Shown: positions 18,701-27,632, numbered from the stretch's first letter. The stretch: 64,000 nt of DNA from an uncultured Clostridia bacterium (GCA_947630455.1 CANRHP010000003.1:32550-96549); one strand, 5' to 3'. Numbers and translations are program-made. Notes: generated by a model from the letters alone, not told the origin.

Positions 18701-21142
18701 ACCTACGGCGAAGCTCCCTCGGGAGACAGCGGCGTAACGTTCAGTGGCTTCAAAAACGATGAAAACGTTGATGTTGTCAGCGGCAAGGCGGTATACAGCT
18801 ACGATTACGTGCAGTATCAAGACATTGACGGCAGCTATCACATTACGCCTGCTAAGGGCACGCTCAATGCCGACAACTACGATTTTGCTTTTGTTGCGGG
18901 CGCTCTCAAGGTGAACGCCAAACAGCTCACAGTCAAGATCGTTTTGCCAAGCAAGCTTTCTTATAATGATATCAGCGACTTTACAGCACAATTGACGGGT
19001 GTTGTGAACAGCGACGACGTAGCCGTCAAATTGGTTTACAACGGAACTCCGAACGACAAATCGTCCTTCTCAAACAGCGCAGCCAAACCCACGCTCGCGG
19101 GCGAATATACGGTTAAGGCAACGGGACTTGAGGGAACAAAGGCTAAAAACTACACGCTGTCCGGGGACGGAGAACAGTCCTTTACGGTCAAACGCGCGGC
19201 AGTCACAAAGCCCACTCAAAACGCAAGCACGTTTACCTACAACGGGCAAGATCAAACCTATACGGTAGTAGGCGGCGACGCTAAGCTGTTTACCGTAAGG
19301 GACAATGTGAAAAAGGACGCCAACGAGAGCGGCTACACCGTCACCGTTTCGCTCAACGACAAAAACAACTATATGTGGGCGGAATCCGACGAAAGCACCG
19401 ACGAATTGACCTTTATATTCAAGATAATGAAAAAGGAGCTTGCCGTACAGTGGACTGGCGAAAACCATGTCTACGACGGAAATGTGTTTGGCGATCCGTC
19501 AGCGAAGGCGGAAACGGAAATAACGGGCGAAGCTCCGTTTGAGCTGGACGTTAGGATGACAAGTCCTCTGGGAGGAACGTTCCAATCGAAGGGTGAATAC
19601 ACCTTTACGGCTTCCTTCAAAGGTACGGACAGCGACCGCTCAAAGAATTACAGCCTCAAAGAGGACACGCTCACACAGACTTATACTATCTCTCAAGGTA
19701 CAAACAGCTGGATGACGCCGCTCGCGCTCGAAGGTTGGATCTACGACGGCACGTCGCACGAACCGTCTGCACAGGCGAAATTCGGTGAAGCTGTGTTCAC
19801 CTATGCCGTTAGCGAGCAGGGCAATTACAGCGACGTTAAGCCCAAGGACGCAGGAACGTATTGGGTGAAGGCGACAGTCAAAGGGACAGCCGACTATGCC
19901 GAGCTTACCGCGACGCTGCAATTTACTATAACGCAGAGGCAAATTGATGCGGTGTGGATGACGGGCAGCTACGTATATTCGGGCGTAAGCCTTGAATTGC
20001 CCACTGCCACAGCGACAGGTATAGGAGATGACGGCGAATTTACATTGATGGTTTCTCCGAGCTTTACGGGTGATTTCAAGAACGTCGGGGACTACACCTT
20101 TGCGGCAGAATTCGATACATCCGATGCAAAAACCAACAATTACACGTTGACGACTGATACTGTCACGCATACGTACACAGTTGCAAAGCAGAGGGTGAGT
20201 GTACCCGAAATTGCGGACAAGGTGTACAGCGGAGCAGTGCAGAAGGCGGATGTTTTGACCTCGGCTCTCTACACAGTGACAGAGAACAACGGCGGAACAA
20301 ATGTCGGCAATTACGATGTGAAGCTTACGCTTTCAGACAGTGCAAACTACGCATGGCAGGGCAGTGAAGGCGCGGAAATTACTTTGACCTTCAAAATAAT
20401 CAAGGCGACCTACGATATGAGCGGGGTGAGCTTTGAGGACGTCACACTCATAGAGGACGGAACAAGCAAGAGCATAGCCGCTTCCGGACAGCTTCCCGAG
20501 GGCGTTTCGGTTACTTACGAAAACAACAATCAATCCAAGTGCGGCGTGTACGAGGTGGTTGCAAGCTTCAGCGGCGACTATGTCAATTACAACCAAATAC
20601 CGGATATGACCGCAACGCTGACGCTGCTGCGCACCGCACTCAGCGTCGAAACGAGCGAAGTACCCGGTGCAGATGATGAACAAAGCGGACCTATTGTAAG
20701 CGTGGAAAGCGAAAAGGGAATCGATCCCTCCGTGGAATTGGTTGTGGAGTGCAAGGACGCACCATCCGAGGAATCTGCAAATGTTCTTGAAAGCGGCAAT
20801 TCGCTCGAGTTGCTCGAACGCGTCGGCGCCGTGTACGATATATCTCTATATTCTGACGGCGTAGAGGTTCAACCCAATGGCGAAATAAAGATCAAGATAC
20901 GTATACCTCTCAACTTACAGGGCGAACAGTTCCGTCTGCTGCACATTCACGGCGATCAGGCGACAGAGGTGGATTACCAGATCGAGGACGGTTACGTCGT
21001 GTTTACTACCGAAAGCCTGAGCGAATTTGTGTTTGCTTACAAGGTATCGCTGTGGTGGCTGTGGCCGCTGCTGGCATTGGTGGTAGTTGCTGCTGTTGTG
21101 ACGACGATAGTTGTCGTGCATAAGCAAAGAAAAAAACACTAA
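15707..21142 (+). CDS. Giant cell-surface repeat protein (putative adhesin)
   Basis: Signal peptide, then an N-terminal domain ending in YVRPALHLNL. At least eleven modules end in G(T/E/N)YT..(A/T)...(D/K)NYT-type motifs and resemble MBG-type adhesin repeats. C-terminal TM helix plus KQRKKH. Confidence 0.85.
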   Translation: MKQNKAQLWYKPLLLVLCALFVVTIGLSTATTTYAARGGADTWVDVGEIYNDDGDAFNATELNKLYRYLTQEGTFDAVKTAATDGKTSNDFRTLNGGKNITVTFGGKKWDVVYLTTAKNGDVILDLWRSADTLTDTDKAQFAPWSNNPTPADTYPSAMYSTSMIRVVTLNAGGKYSTAGAVLSELQQQSKDNQYARFTMSSVDNSLTKYIAKPSEVGYQAKEYSDNISRDNSKEANKGFYHPNSSYEYVVNKELNTNAEWNTSVSTQDGTQCRYNYGTTEKDSTREEGAKYGSWKDDYLWLPSIEETGREESSTAARTGIGIWHTDESLRSATGSAWTRSGHTGKADVAIALSNKGIYTNNTNATVTKNNYVRPALHLNLTAASKAVALSKADWKDESQPYDPQGVKWVVNADNVTIEAVPLEGDTSWWDGATHTITANKVGTYQLKVTPTGGLQWDDKTSDPITVKYTVTKGEITVTWEAAESYTYTGAVQEKPTATAKDLPEGLTIKVAEQSGKEFKDAGTYTFEATLTGTDADNYTIKTGTNTKECTIGAVAIAVEWEDKTFPYTGETYGYPTATAKGLGEDVLTVTVTMKGEAKDFKDAGTYTFTAVLEGTTKDNYTITEGTAEKEYYIGKKSVTAPSSFDSKTYNGEEQTVVVESSEYQLKEGSGKGTTVGKYDVVLQLKDADNYKWSDSDLSEKTLSQAFEITQAAIAVTWSGADFSYKYTYGSVTTPTATAKGFGSDVLTVKVSESSGKEFKNVGEYTFTAALEGTAKDNYTVSNPTQAYTIERASLNAALSASVVYGESISAKDVTVTISDGLQNGDDKATIEEQAKAKVEAFSFSYTAGKTHVGDEATVSAEQVQLDNYTVTFTQGKITVNQRKIKLTLEGARSNTYGDEAHGVITASAKLSEGEGNWYGSDADIEELNKQLDYKFKKDGAGAASAYVPTMGAGNYTISVEWKEGSSLAKDYELVGEPQDASYTVNKAILTVTANEHAVTYGEAPSGDSGVTFSGFKNDENVDVVSGKAVYSYDYVQYQDIDGSYHITPAKGTLNADNYDFAFVAGALKVNAKQLTVKIVLPSKLSYNDISDFTAQLTGVVNSDDVAVKLVYNGTPNDKSSFSNSAAKPTLAGEYTVKATGLEGTKAKNYTLSGDGEQSFTVKRAAVTKPTQNASTFTYNGQDQTYTVVGGDAKLFTVRDNVKKDANESGYTVTVSLNDKNNYMWAESDESTDELTFIFKIMKKELAVQWTGENHVYDGNVFGDPSAKAETEITGEAPFELDVRMTSPLGGTFQSKGEYTFTASFKGTDSDRSKNYSLKEDTLTQTYTISQGTNSWMTPLALEGWIYDGTSHEPSAQAKFGEAVFTYAVSEQGNYSDVKPKDAGTYWVKATVKGTADYAELTATLQFTITQRQIDAVWMTGSYVYSGVSLELPTATATGIGDDGEFTLMVSPSFTGDFKNVGDYTFAAEFDTSDAKTNNYTLTTDTVTHTYTVAKQRVSVPEIADKVYSGAVQKADVLTSALYTVTENNGGTNVGNYDVKLTLSDSANYAWQGSEGAEITLTFKIIKATYDMSGVSFEDVTLIEDGTSKSIAASGQLPEGVSVTYENNNQSKCGVYEVVASFSGDYVNYNQIPDMTATLTLLRTALSVETSEVPGADDEQSGPIVSVESEKGIDPSVELVVECKDAPSEESANVLESGNSLELLERVGAVYDISLYSDGVEVQPNGEIKIKIRIPLNLQGEQFRLLHIHGDQATEVDYQIEDGYVVFTTESLSEFVFAYKVSLWWLWPLLALVVVAAVVTTIVVVHKQRKKH

Positions 21143-21261
21143 AAATCCAAATAAACGCGTGCTGAGCGACGCTGTGTAGGCGTTCAGAAGCGCAGCCCGA
21201 TCACTGCATGACAGAATTTTTCGAGCCATGCGGCAGGACAAATAATTTCCCATATATGCAA

Positions 21262-21293
21262 AAGCGGACGCCGATATCGGTGCTCCGCTTTTT
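21262..21293 (+). terminator. Terminator after the adhesin gene
   Basis: AAGCGGA pairs with TCCGCTT, with the inner palindrome CCGATATCGG, followed by a T-run. Confidence 0.6.
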
Positions 21294-21373
21294 CAATACG
21301 GGGCTTTCATTTGTGCGGCTTTTTTACTTTTGGCTGCGTTGCATTTTGGTGCGGTGCAACCGCCGTCTTTGAA

Positions 21374-21402
21374 TTGACATATTTTTTTTGCGGTTATATA
21401 AT
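21374..21402 (+). promoter_or_regulatory. Consensus promoter for the pnuC-like gene
   Basis: TTGACA (21374-21379), a 17-nt spacer, then TATAAT (21397-21402). It lies inside the long track ORF, which argues for the ATG at 21434 as the start. Confidence 0.65.
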
Positions 21403-21433
21403 AAATATAAAGATTGTTTTAGAGGTACTACCG

Positions 21434-22804
21434 ATGGAAAACGGCGCAACATCGTGGGTTGTTTTGGCGCTTTGTATAGTCATTTGTCTGCAATGGATAG
21501 CCATAGCGGTGCTGATTGTCATCAACAGACGCGGCGCGGATCGCGTGAGGCGCAGCAGGGCTAAAGCGACAGCCCGGCCAAGCTTCAAGCAGCGGTGCAA
21601 GGAGCTGTGGCGTTATTTTACAACCTACGAAAAAATTTGGTTTTTCAGCATACTCGTTGTCGCAATAGTGTTTGCCTTTGTCTTTCCGGAGACGGACGAA
21701 CCCACCTACACGGTCACATTGGACTCTAACGAATACGTGACGGGCGCTGTCGGCAGCTTTGACACGCTTAGCTTTGAGGGCACTACTGACAGCTATGTGA
21801 TTTGTCATGTAGACATTGTAGACGCCGACGGGGTGGAACACAGCTACAGCATGGCGGAAATTTCCAAATACGGCGAATGGATAGTGGAGCCGGGCGACAG
21901 TGAGGACGACATCAACAGTATGACGCTCAAGCTGGGAAGGTACAACAAAGCCACGGACAGCGTAGATCCGTTTGACTTTGAAATAAATGAAAAGGCCGTC
22001 ATATCTCTCGAATGTTACTACAACGGCGATGAGGATGAACCGACGCCGCTGATAGTGTCCCTTGTCAATTCGAACGGAGACAAGCTGTTGGACAAGGCAG
22101 AGCTGGTTTTGGAAGAAGGAAATCTTGTAAAGGTCAACAGCTTTTTGGTGTCGGCGGGATGGATAACCTTCTTATATGTGTTGGACGTGATCCTCAACAT
22201 TGCCTGCGAGCTGCTTATCAGCAAGCAATCCAAGTGGAATTTTATTGTTTCTTTGGGCGTGGAAATTGTCGAGATCATCACCTGCGTCGTGTGTATCTAT
22301 CGTTTTGCCACCATGGCGGTCACCTTGTTGTTCTGGATCCCCTGCGATATCATCAGCTTTGTCATGTGGCACCGTCATCCCGACAAACAAAAAGAAGAAC
22401 TTACGGTGGTAAAAAAGCTTACTTGGTGGCAGGATCTTATTCTTGTTGCCGCTATCGCCGTGTGGACGGTAGGCGTAGGTTACCTGTTGACGTTGATAGA
22501 GGTGGAGGGCGGTATTTTTGCAACGAATTTGCAATTTGAGCGCATTGTTTGCTATCTTGACGCCGCTGCAAGCGCGGTGGGTATAGCCAACGGACTGCTG
22601 ATACTCTTCCGCTATCGTGAGCAATGGATAGCCTGGTATATCGTGGCGATATTGGAAACGGTCATTGACATAATGGCAGGACAGTGGATACTGCTTGTGC
22701 TCAAGGTCGGTTATCTTACCAATACTACATACGGCTACATCAAGTGGACTCAGTACATTCGTTCGCAAAAAAACGAGCAAAGAACTATTGCCGCAAACGC
22801 ATAA
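21434..22804 (+). CDS. pnuC: PnuC-family nicotinamide riboside transporter with an extra N-terminal TM helix and a roughly 170-aa inserted soluble domain
   Basis: YFTTYEKIWFFSILVV and NIACELLISKQSKWNF...W...W segments are typical of PnuC. An acidic beta-rich segment sits between the first PnuC helices. Confidence 0.7.
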   Translation: MENGATSWVVLALCIVICLQWIAIAVLIVINRRGADRVRRSRAKATARPSFKQRCKELWRYFTTYEKIWFFSILVVAIVFAFVFPETDEPTYTVTLDSNEYVTGAVGSFDTLSFEGTTDSYVICHVDIVDADGVEHSYSMAEISKYGEWIVEPGDSEDDINSMTLKLGRYNKATDSVDPFDFEINEKAVISLECYYNGDEDEPTPLIVSLVNSNGDKLLDKAELVLEEGNLVKVNSFLVSAGWITFLYVLDVILNIACELLISKQSKWNFIVSLGVEIVEIITCVVCIYRFATMAVTLLFWIPCDIISFVMWHRHPDKQKEELTVVKKLTWWQDLILVAAIAVWTVGVGYLLTLIEVEGGIFATNLQFERIVCYLDAAASAVGIANGLLILFRYREQWIAWYIVAILETVIDIMAGQWILLVLKVGYLTNTTYGYIKWTQYIRSQKNEQRTIAANA

Positions 22805-22847
22805 ACATCGTTGCAAACAAAATATTATCGTAATGTAAGGAGCTGAT

Positions 22848-23588
22848 ATGAAGGAACTTCTTGAAAGTATTTACAAACGCAGATCGGTACGACGCTACAG
22901 CGAAGAAAAACTTTCGCAGGAGGAATATGCCAAGGTGGAGGAATACCTTCACCGTCTCAAACCGCTGATCCCCGAGCTGCATGTGGAATTTCAAATCGTA
23001 CCCTGCAGTGAAACCAACTGCAAATTCAATGCGGAGTACTGTCTGTTGGTCTACAGTCAGGAAGGCAACCTGTGGTTGACTAATGTCGGCTACATGCTTG
23101 AGCAGTGGGATTTGTATCTTGCTTCTCTCGGTATAGGCGTATGCTGGTATGGTATGGGCAAGGTGGAGGAAGAACGACAGTGCGACCTCGTTTATGCTAT
23201 TATGCTAAGCTTCGGCAAGTGCGATTCGGATACCTTTCGTAAAAGCGAAGCGGACTTTGCCCGCAAGGACGTTTCCGACTTTTGGACGGGTATAAGCGAC
23301 GCCCGCCTCGGTGAGATCAGCCGGTTGGCTCCCAGCGCCGTCAACAGTCAGCCTTGGCGTGTGGAGCAGGTGGACAACAAATTCAATGTCTACCGTCAAA
23401 AGGGAAACGTGCCGCTGCTTTCCGCACAGCTGTTTAAGCGCTGGAACAAGGTGGATATGGGTATTTTCCTGTGCTTTTTGGATATTGCTTTGGAATGTGA
23501 GGGCTATGCCTACTCGCGTGTGCTCGGTACGGAAAGCGACGAGGGTAAGCGCGTGCTTGTGGCAACCTACACCTTGGAAAACAAATAG
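22848..23588 (+). CDS. Nitroreductase-family protein
   Basis: N-terminus LLESIYKRRSVRRYSEEKL and a later SAVNSQPWR motif. SD AAGGAG lies upstream. Confidence 0.75.
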   Translation: MKELLESIYKRRSVRRYSEEKLSQEEYAKVEEYLHRLKPLIPELHVEFQIVPCSETNCKFNAEYCLLVYSQEGNLWLTNVGYMLEQWDLYLASLGIGVCWYGMGKVEEERQCDLVYAIMLSFGKCDSDTFRKSEADFARKDVSDFWTGISDARLGEISRLAPSAVNSQPWRVEQVDNKFNVYRQKGNVPLLSAQLFKRWNKVDMGIFLCFLDIALECEGYAYSRVLGTESDEGKRVLVATYTLENK

Positions 23589-23701
23589 TTTGTTGCCGTT
23601 TTATACTTTGTTTAGCGAGCAAAATACAACTAAGCTAATTGGGCAGCGCTTCTGTCTGATAAAGGCTGTAAAGTCAGTACGACTATTGTATAATAAATGA
23701 T

Positions 23702-25063
23702 ATGCTAAAAATAGATCAAATTTGGAAAAATATCTTGTTGGAAACGGAGGCAAAAACCACGACTCTTGCCTACGATCTGTATATAAACTCGCTTGCGCCC
23801 GTCGGTATTTACCGTGACAGGCTGATTTTGCTTGCCGAAACGCGCGCAATCAAAAATATTGTGGACAACAATTACAAGGAAGTGCTGAAAAAATGCACAA
23901 ATTCGGTGTTTCCGTCAATCGTGGACGTGGAAATTATCATTGAAGATGAGCTGGAAAAGATCGGCAGTGTACAGAGAGAGGTGGACATACCCGTTTCGCC
24001 TAACTACATCGACGACACCGAGGACAAGGTCAGCTTTGTTTCACAGTATACTTTTGAAAATTTCGTGGTGGGCAAATCCAACGAATATGCTCACGCAGTG
24101 GCGCGCGCCGTTGCGGATAACCCGGGCACCAAGTACAATCCCGTGTTTATCTGGGGCGGAGTGGGCCTTGGCAAAACTCACCTTATGCATGCCATAGGAA
24201 ACAGCTTGCAGCGCAATTTCCCCGAAAAGCGTATTATGTACGTCACCTGCGACCAGTTTGTCAATGAATTTATAGAATCCATACACGCCAGCGACCCAAA
24301 CGCCACAAAAAATTTCCGCGCAAAGTACCGCAAGCTGGACGTCTTGATGATGGACGATGTACAGTTTCTCGCCAACAAAGAGGGTACGCAGGAGGAAATG
24401 TTTCACACGTTTAACGAGCTGTATCTTGCCGACAAACAAATTATTTTGTCCAGCGACCGCCCGCCCAAGGAAATAAAGATAGAGGAACGGCTTAAAACAC
24501 GTTTTGCTACAGGCGTTATCGCGGACATTCAACCGCCCAATTTGGAAACGCGTATCGCCATATTGCAAAAAAAGTGCAGCAACAAAGGTTATGCGCTTAA
24601 TATAAAGGTTTTGACGCTGATCGCGGAAAAGATAACCAACAACATCCGAGAAATGGAAGGTATGCTCAACCGCATTATAAGTTATTCCACCCTCGTGGGC
24701 GGCGATCCAAACGACATGAATTTGGTGCAGGACGCATTGAAGGACTACGCCGACGCCAGCTCGGATATCATCACGATAGACCAGGTCGTCAAAGCCTCAT
24801 GCGAATATTTCCGCGTAAAACGCGAGGATCTTATAGGCAAAAAGAAAAACAAGGAAATAGTTGTCCCGCGTCAAATATGCATTTACCTCATTTGCGATAT
24901 CTTGGGGCAAAGCGTACCGCTTGCCAGCATAGGCGAATACTTTGGCGGCAGAGATCACACAACGGTTATGCATGCGCGCGATAAGATCAGCGAGGAAATC
25001 AAAACCAACGACGTTACCGCCGCACAGGTAAAGGATATTCGCGACAAAATTTACAACCGCTGA
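23702..25063 (+). CDS. dnaA: Chromosomal replication initiator DnaA
   Basis: Walker A GGVGLGKTHLMHAIGN, Walker B LMMDDVQFL, and the domain IV motif HTTVMHARDKI. There is no SD; TGTATAAT lies 7 nt upstream of the ATG. Confidence 0.95.
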   Translation: MLKIDQIWKNILLETEAKTTTLAYDLYINSLAPVGIYRDRLILLAETRAIKNIVDNNYKEVLKKCTNSVFPSIVDVEIIIEDELEKIGSVQREVDIPVSPNYIDDTEDKVSFVSQYTFENFVVGKSNEYAHAVARAVADNPGTKYNPVFIWGGVGLGKTHLMHAIGNSLQRNFPEKRIMYVTCDQFVNEFIESIHASDPNATKNFRAKYRKLDVLMMDDVQFLANKEGTQEEMFHTFNELYLADKQIILSSDRPPKEIKIEERLKTRFATGVIADIQPPNLETRIAILQKKCSNKGYALNIKVLTLIAEKITNNIREMEGMLNRIISYSTLVGGDPNDMNLVQDALKDYADASSDIITIDQVVKASCEYFRVKREDLIGKKKNKEIVVPRQICIYLICDILGQSVPLASIGEYFGGRDHTTVMHARDKISEEIKTNDVTAAQVKDIRDKIYNR

Positions 25064-25203
25064 CAAGAATATTTAAGCAAAACCGACCGCGCAAACACCG
25101 ACTGCTTGGTGTAAAGACGGCGGTTTTTTGTAAAAAACAAGGACGCTACACAGTTATTGTACCGTCCGTTTCAAAATTCGCTTTCGATAATTTATTTTAT
25201 TGT

Positions 25204-26100
25204 TTATTTATCATCATTTATACGCTGCTCCGCCGCGGCAAAATATTTTTCGTATGCCTTGGTGAGCAATTTGTTGTAATGCTGTTGTTCCTCTTCTGTT
25301 TTTGGCTCTATAAAAGTGTACGGTCCGTTGACCTTCCAACTGTTGAATAGTCCGATACGTATTGCGTTTTGAGGACAAAAGTGTGCGCATCGCATACACA
25401 TCAGGCACTTGCCTCCGAAACGAAATTTACCCTTTTGGGTAATCCGAATATTGTGAGTGGGGCAATCCTTGACGCATTTGCCGCATTTTACGCAATTATC
25501 GGATACGCTGTACAGCTTGCCGTTTAGCTTGCCTCCCCATTGTTCGCAGCGCATCGTTCCGGCGATGATCCCGCCGAATTTTACTCGTTCCAACAGATGT
25601 TTTTGCCCTTGCAGAATTTCCTCCGCGTCCAATGGAATCAGCTGCTGCGCCGTTTGCCACATTTTCAACGCCATTTCGTCGGAGTGTCTGAACATAATGT
25701 TGTAGGGCATGCAGTAGTGGTACTCGTTGGTAACCTCAAAGTGCCTTATGCGCAGATATTGACAAAGCTTCAACGATGAGATGTTGTTTAGCTTGAGCGG
25801 CTCGCCCGAGCTGTTGAAGATGAATGTGCGCTTGCGCTGTTTGAGCAAATGCGGCAATTTGCGAGCAAACGCCAACACTATAGGCGGTGCGTTGAATGCA
25901 TACACGGGGTAGCCGATCCCGAATAAATCGCATTTTATGATGGCGTCCGTAAGCTCCGTGGGAAGTTTTTTTTGCAGCGTCAATCCATCTATCGAAAAGC
26001 TTTGCACATCATGCCCGCTATCTGTCATGCAATTGACAAAGCAGTCGGCAATCTTCTGCGTATTGCCGGTACCGGAAAAATAACAAATTACTATTTTCAT
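25204..26100 (-). CDS. Flavodoxin-like / 2x[4Fe-4S] ferredoxin-domain protein
   Basis: N-terminus MKIVICYFSGTGNTQKIA (flavodoxin-like). Two cluster motifs, CVKCGKCVKDCP and CLMCMRCAHFCP. Confidence 0.75.
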   Translation of the reverse strand: MKIVICYFSGTGNTQKIADCFVNCMTDSGHDVQSFSIDGLTLQKKLPTELTDAIIKCDLFGIGYPVYAFNAPPIVLAFARKLPHLLKQRKRTFIFNSSGEPLKLNNISSLKLCQYLRIRHFEVTNEYHYCMPYNIMFRHSDEMALKMWQTAQQLIPLDAEEILQGQKHLLERVKFGGIIAGTMRCEQWGGKLNGKLYSVSDNCVKCGKCVKDCPTHNIRITQKGKFRFGGKCLMCMRCAHFCPQNAIRIGLFNSWKVNGPYTFIEPKTEEEQQHYNKLLTKAYEKYFAAAEQRINDDK

Positions 26101-27632
26101 TTTATCTTACCGTACTTTGCCTCGAATTTGTCGTTGAAGTAGTAGAAATTATCCTCATTTTTGTCGTGGCTGTCGTACCACGCCTGAGCATAAATCCTAT
26201 CTTTTTTCGCAAGTCTGTCCCAATCCCAGCAGTAGCTTGTGTAGCTTGGATTCCACCAGTGTCCGACAAGTACGGTGTATCCCTTCATTTTGAATCGCTG
26301 TCCATCGCTGTTTTCCCACTCCAGCGTATCGTATATGCCGCCTTTTTGCGAAATAAGCTTGCCTCCGTGCATATTTGCAATGCGGCGAAGCTCTCTATAT
26401 CCGATCTCGCGATTTGGATCGTAGCCGATGTCAATGAGAGGCGCGTGTTCGCGATCGAGCAATTTTGCGTAGTCTATTGGCTTGCCATCCTCGTCCTTGC
26501 CCTCAAACAACAAAGGAAATTTGCTCCAATCCCTGCCTATGGCGTCGAATTTTGCGTCTCCTCCGAAGTAAGCCAGCATACGCGCGGTATCCTTGTGTTC
26601 TTTCCAATAGTGCGGGCTGTTGGGATTTTTACACAGACGTTCAATTGCAAGCTTTTTGATGATTTTTTTGGCTATCAATTTGCCCGCTCGCAGTATTCCG
26701 TGTTTCTTTTTGAACTGTATCCAAAAGTCTTTAGTGGTTTGGCGTTGGTAGTGAAACATATCGTCCAGCACATTGCCGTCGTAGAACCACACTCCGTGAA
26801 AATTGCGTATTGCATTGAAATTGGGATCGAAAAAGTCCTTTACGCTTCCTCCGATGAGTTCGAATCCGTCATTCAGCACGTCGTAGCCCGTCACGCAGTT
26901 GGCGATACCTCCGCCGATATTGAAAACCTTGTTCCAAAAGCTGTTTTTTAGCTCGGCGTTGTTGGCGATGTCCTCCTTTACTATGTTGGCGATTAGCAAT
27001 CCCGAGTCCTCGGCGGTTGCCCATTCCAGCGGCGCGTTGAAGCAGGTGTGAAACATCAATCCGTCGCTCATATTGTCGCTCAGCATGTGACTATGCAGCA
27101 TTGCCGTTTGGCGCAAAACTGTTTTGTATTTAATTTTACTTTCCAATACGCGTAATTCTCCCCGCATCTTGGTGAGCGAGTAGATATCAAAAGGACTGAT
27201 AACAAGCGGGTCCCCAACGCGCGCCCACATATGCTTGCTGTTGCGGTTGCCGTAGAGTGCTACGGTGGAAATGTGAATGAGCTTTGGTTGATCGTGCAGG
27301 GATTCTATCGCGGTGCACAGGCAGTCTACGCCCTTTTCATTGCACGCTATGGCGTAGTGCGGAAACTGATCGCTGTGCGGAGGAATGACAGACGCCATAT
27401 TTACCACATAATCCACTCCGGAAACCAGCTCGTCGCACACCTCCGGGTGGTTGACGGAGCCGTAAACGAACCGGATACGATCCATCTGCCCTTTGCAAAT
27501 TCTTTTAATTTCCGAAATGCGTTTTTCCTTTTGAAAAACAAGCAGCTTAAGCTCCACGTCGGGAATTTTGATAAGCTCACGCAGGGCTTGTATACCCATG
27601 TTGCCCGTGACGCCCGTCAATGCAACCTTCAT
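26097..27632 (-). CDS. NAD(P)-binding epimerase/dehydratase-family (SDR) protein with a long Trp/Tyr-rich C-terminal extension
   Basis: Rossmann N-terminus MKVALTGVTGNMG. At 511 aa it far exceeds typical SDRs. Overlaps the downstream flavodoxin/ferredoxin gene by 4 nt. Confidence 0.6.
   Translation of the reverse strand: MKVALTGVTGNMGIQALRELIKIPDVELKLLVFQKEKRISEIKRICKGQMDRIRFVYGSVNHPEVCDELVSGVDYVVNMASVIPPHSDQFPHYAIACNEKGVDCLCTAIESLHDQPKLIHISTVALYGNRNSKHMWARVGDPLVISPFDIYSLTKMRGELRVLESKIKYKTVLRQTAMLHSHMLSDNMSDGLMFHTCFNAPLEWATAEDSGLLIANIVKEDIANNAELKNSFWNKVFNIGGGIANCVTGYDVLNDGFELIGGSVKDFFDPNFNAIRNFHGVWFYDGNVLDDMFHYQRQTTKDFWIQFKKKHGILRAGKLIAKKIIKKLAIERLCKNPNSPHYWKEHKDTARMLAYFGGDAKFDAIGRDWSKFPLLFEGKDEDGKPIDYAKLLDREHAPLIDIGYDPNREIGYRELRRIANMHGGKLISQKGGIYDTLEWENSDGQRFKMKGYTVLVGHWWNPSYTSYCWDWDRLAKKDRIYAQAWYDSHDKNEDNFYYFNDKFEAKYGKIK

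Noticed and set aside
17699-18991. A 430-aa ORF on the minus strand, plus several others at 15853-20799, antisense to the adhesin gene.
   Set aside because: They are fully embedded in a strongly supported plus-strand CDS. The Cys/Arg/Val-rich low-complexity translation is typical of the antisense frame of repeat-rich coding DNA, and there is no SD.
21294-21433. A possible NAD+ (pnuC-motif) riboswitch upstream of the pnuC-like gene.
   Set aside because: The consensus promoter at 21374-21402 leaves only about 30 nt of leader, which is too short for a riboswitch aptamer. No conserved motif was recognised.
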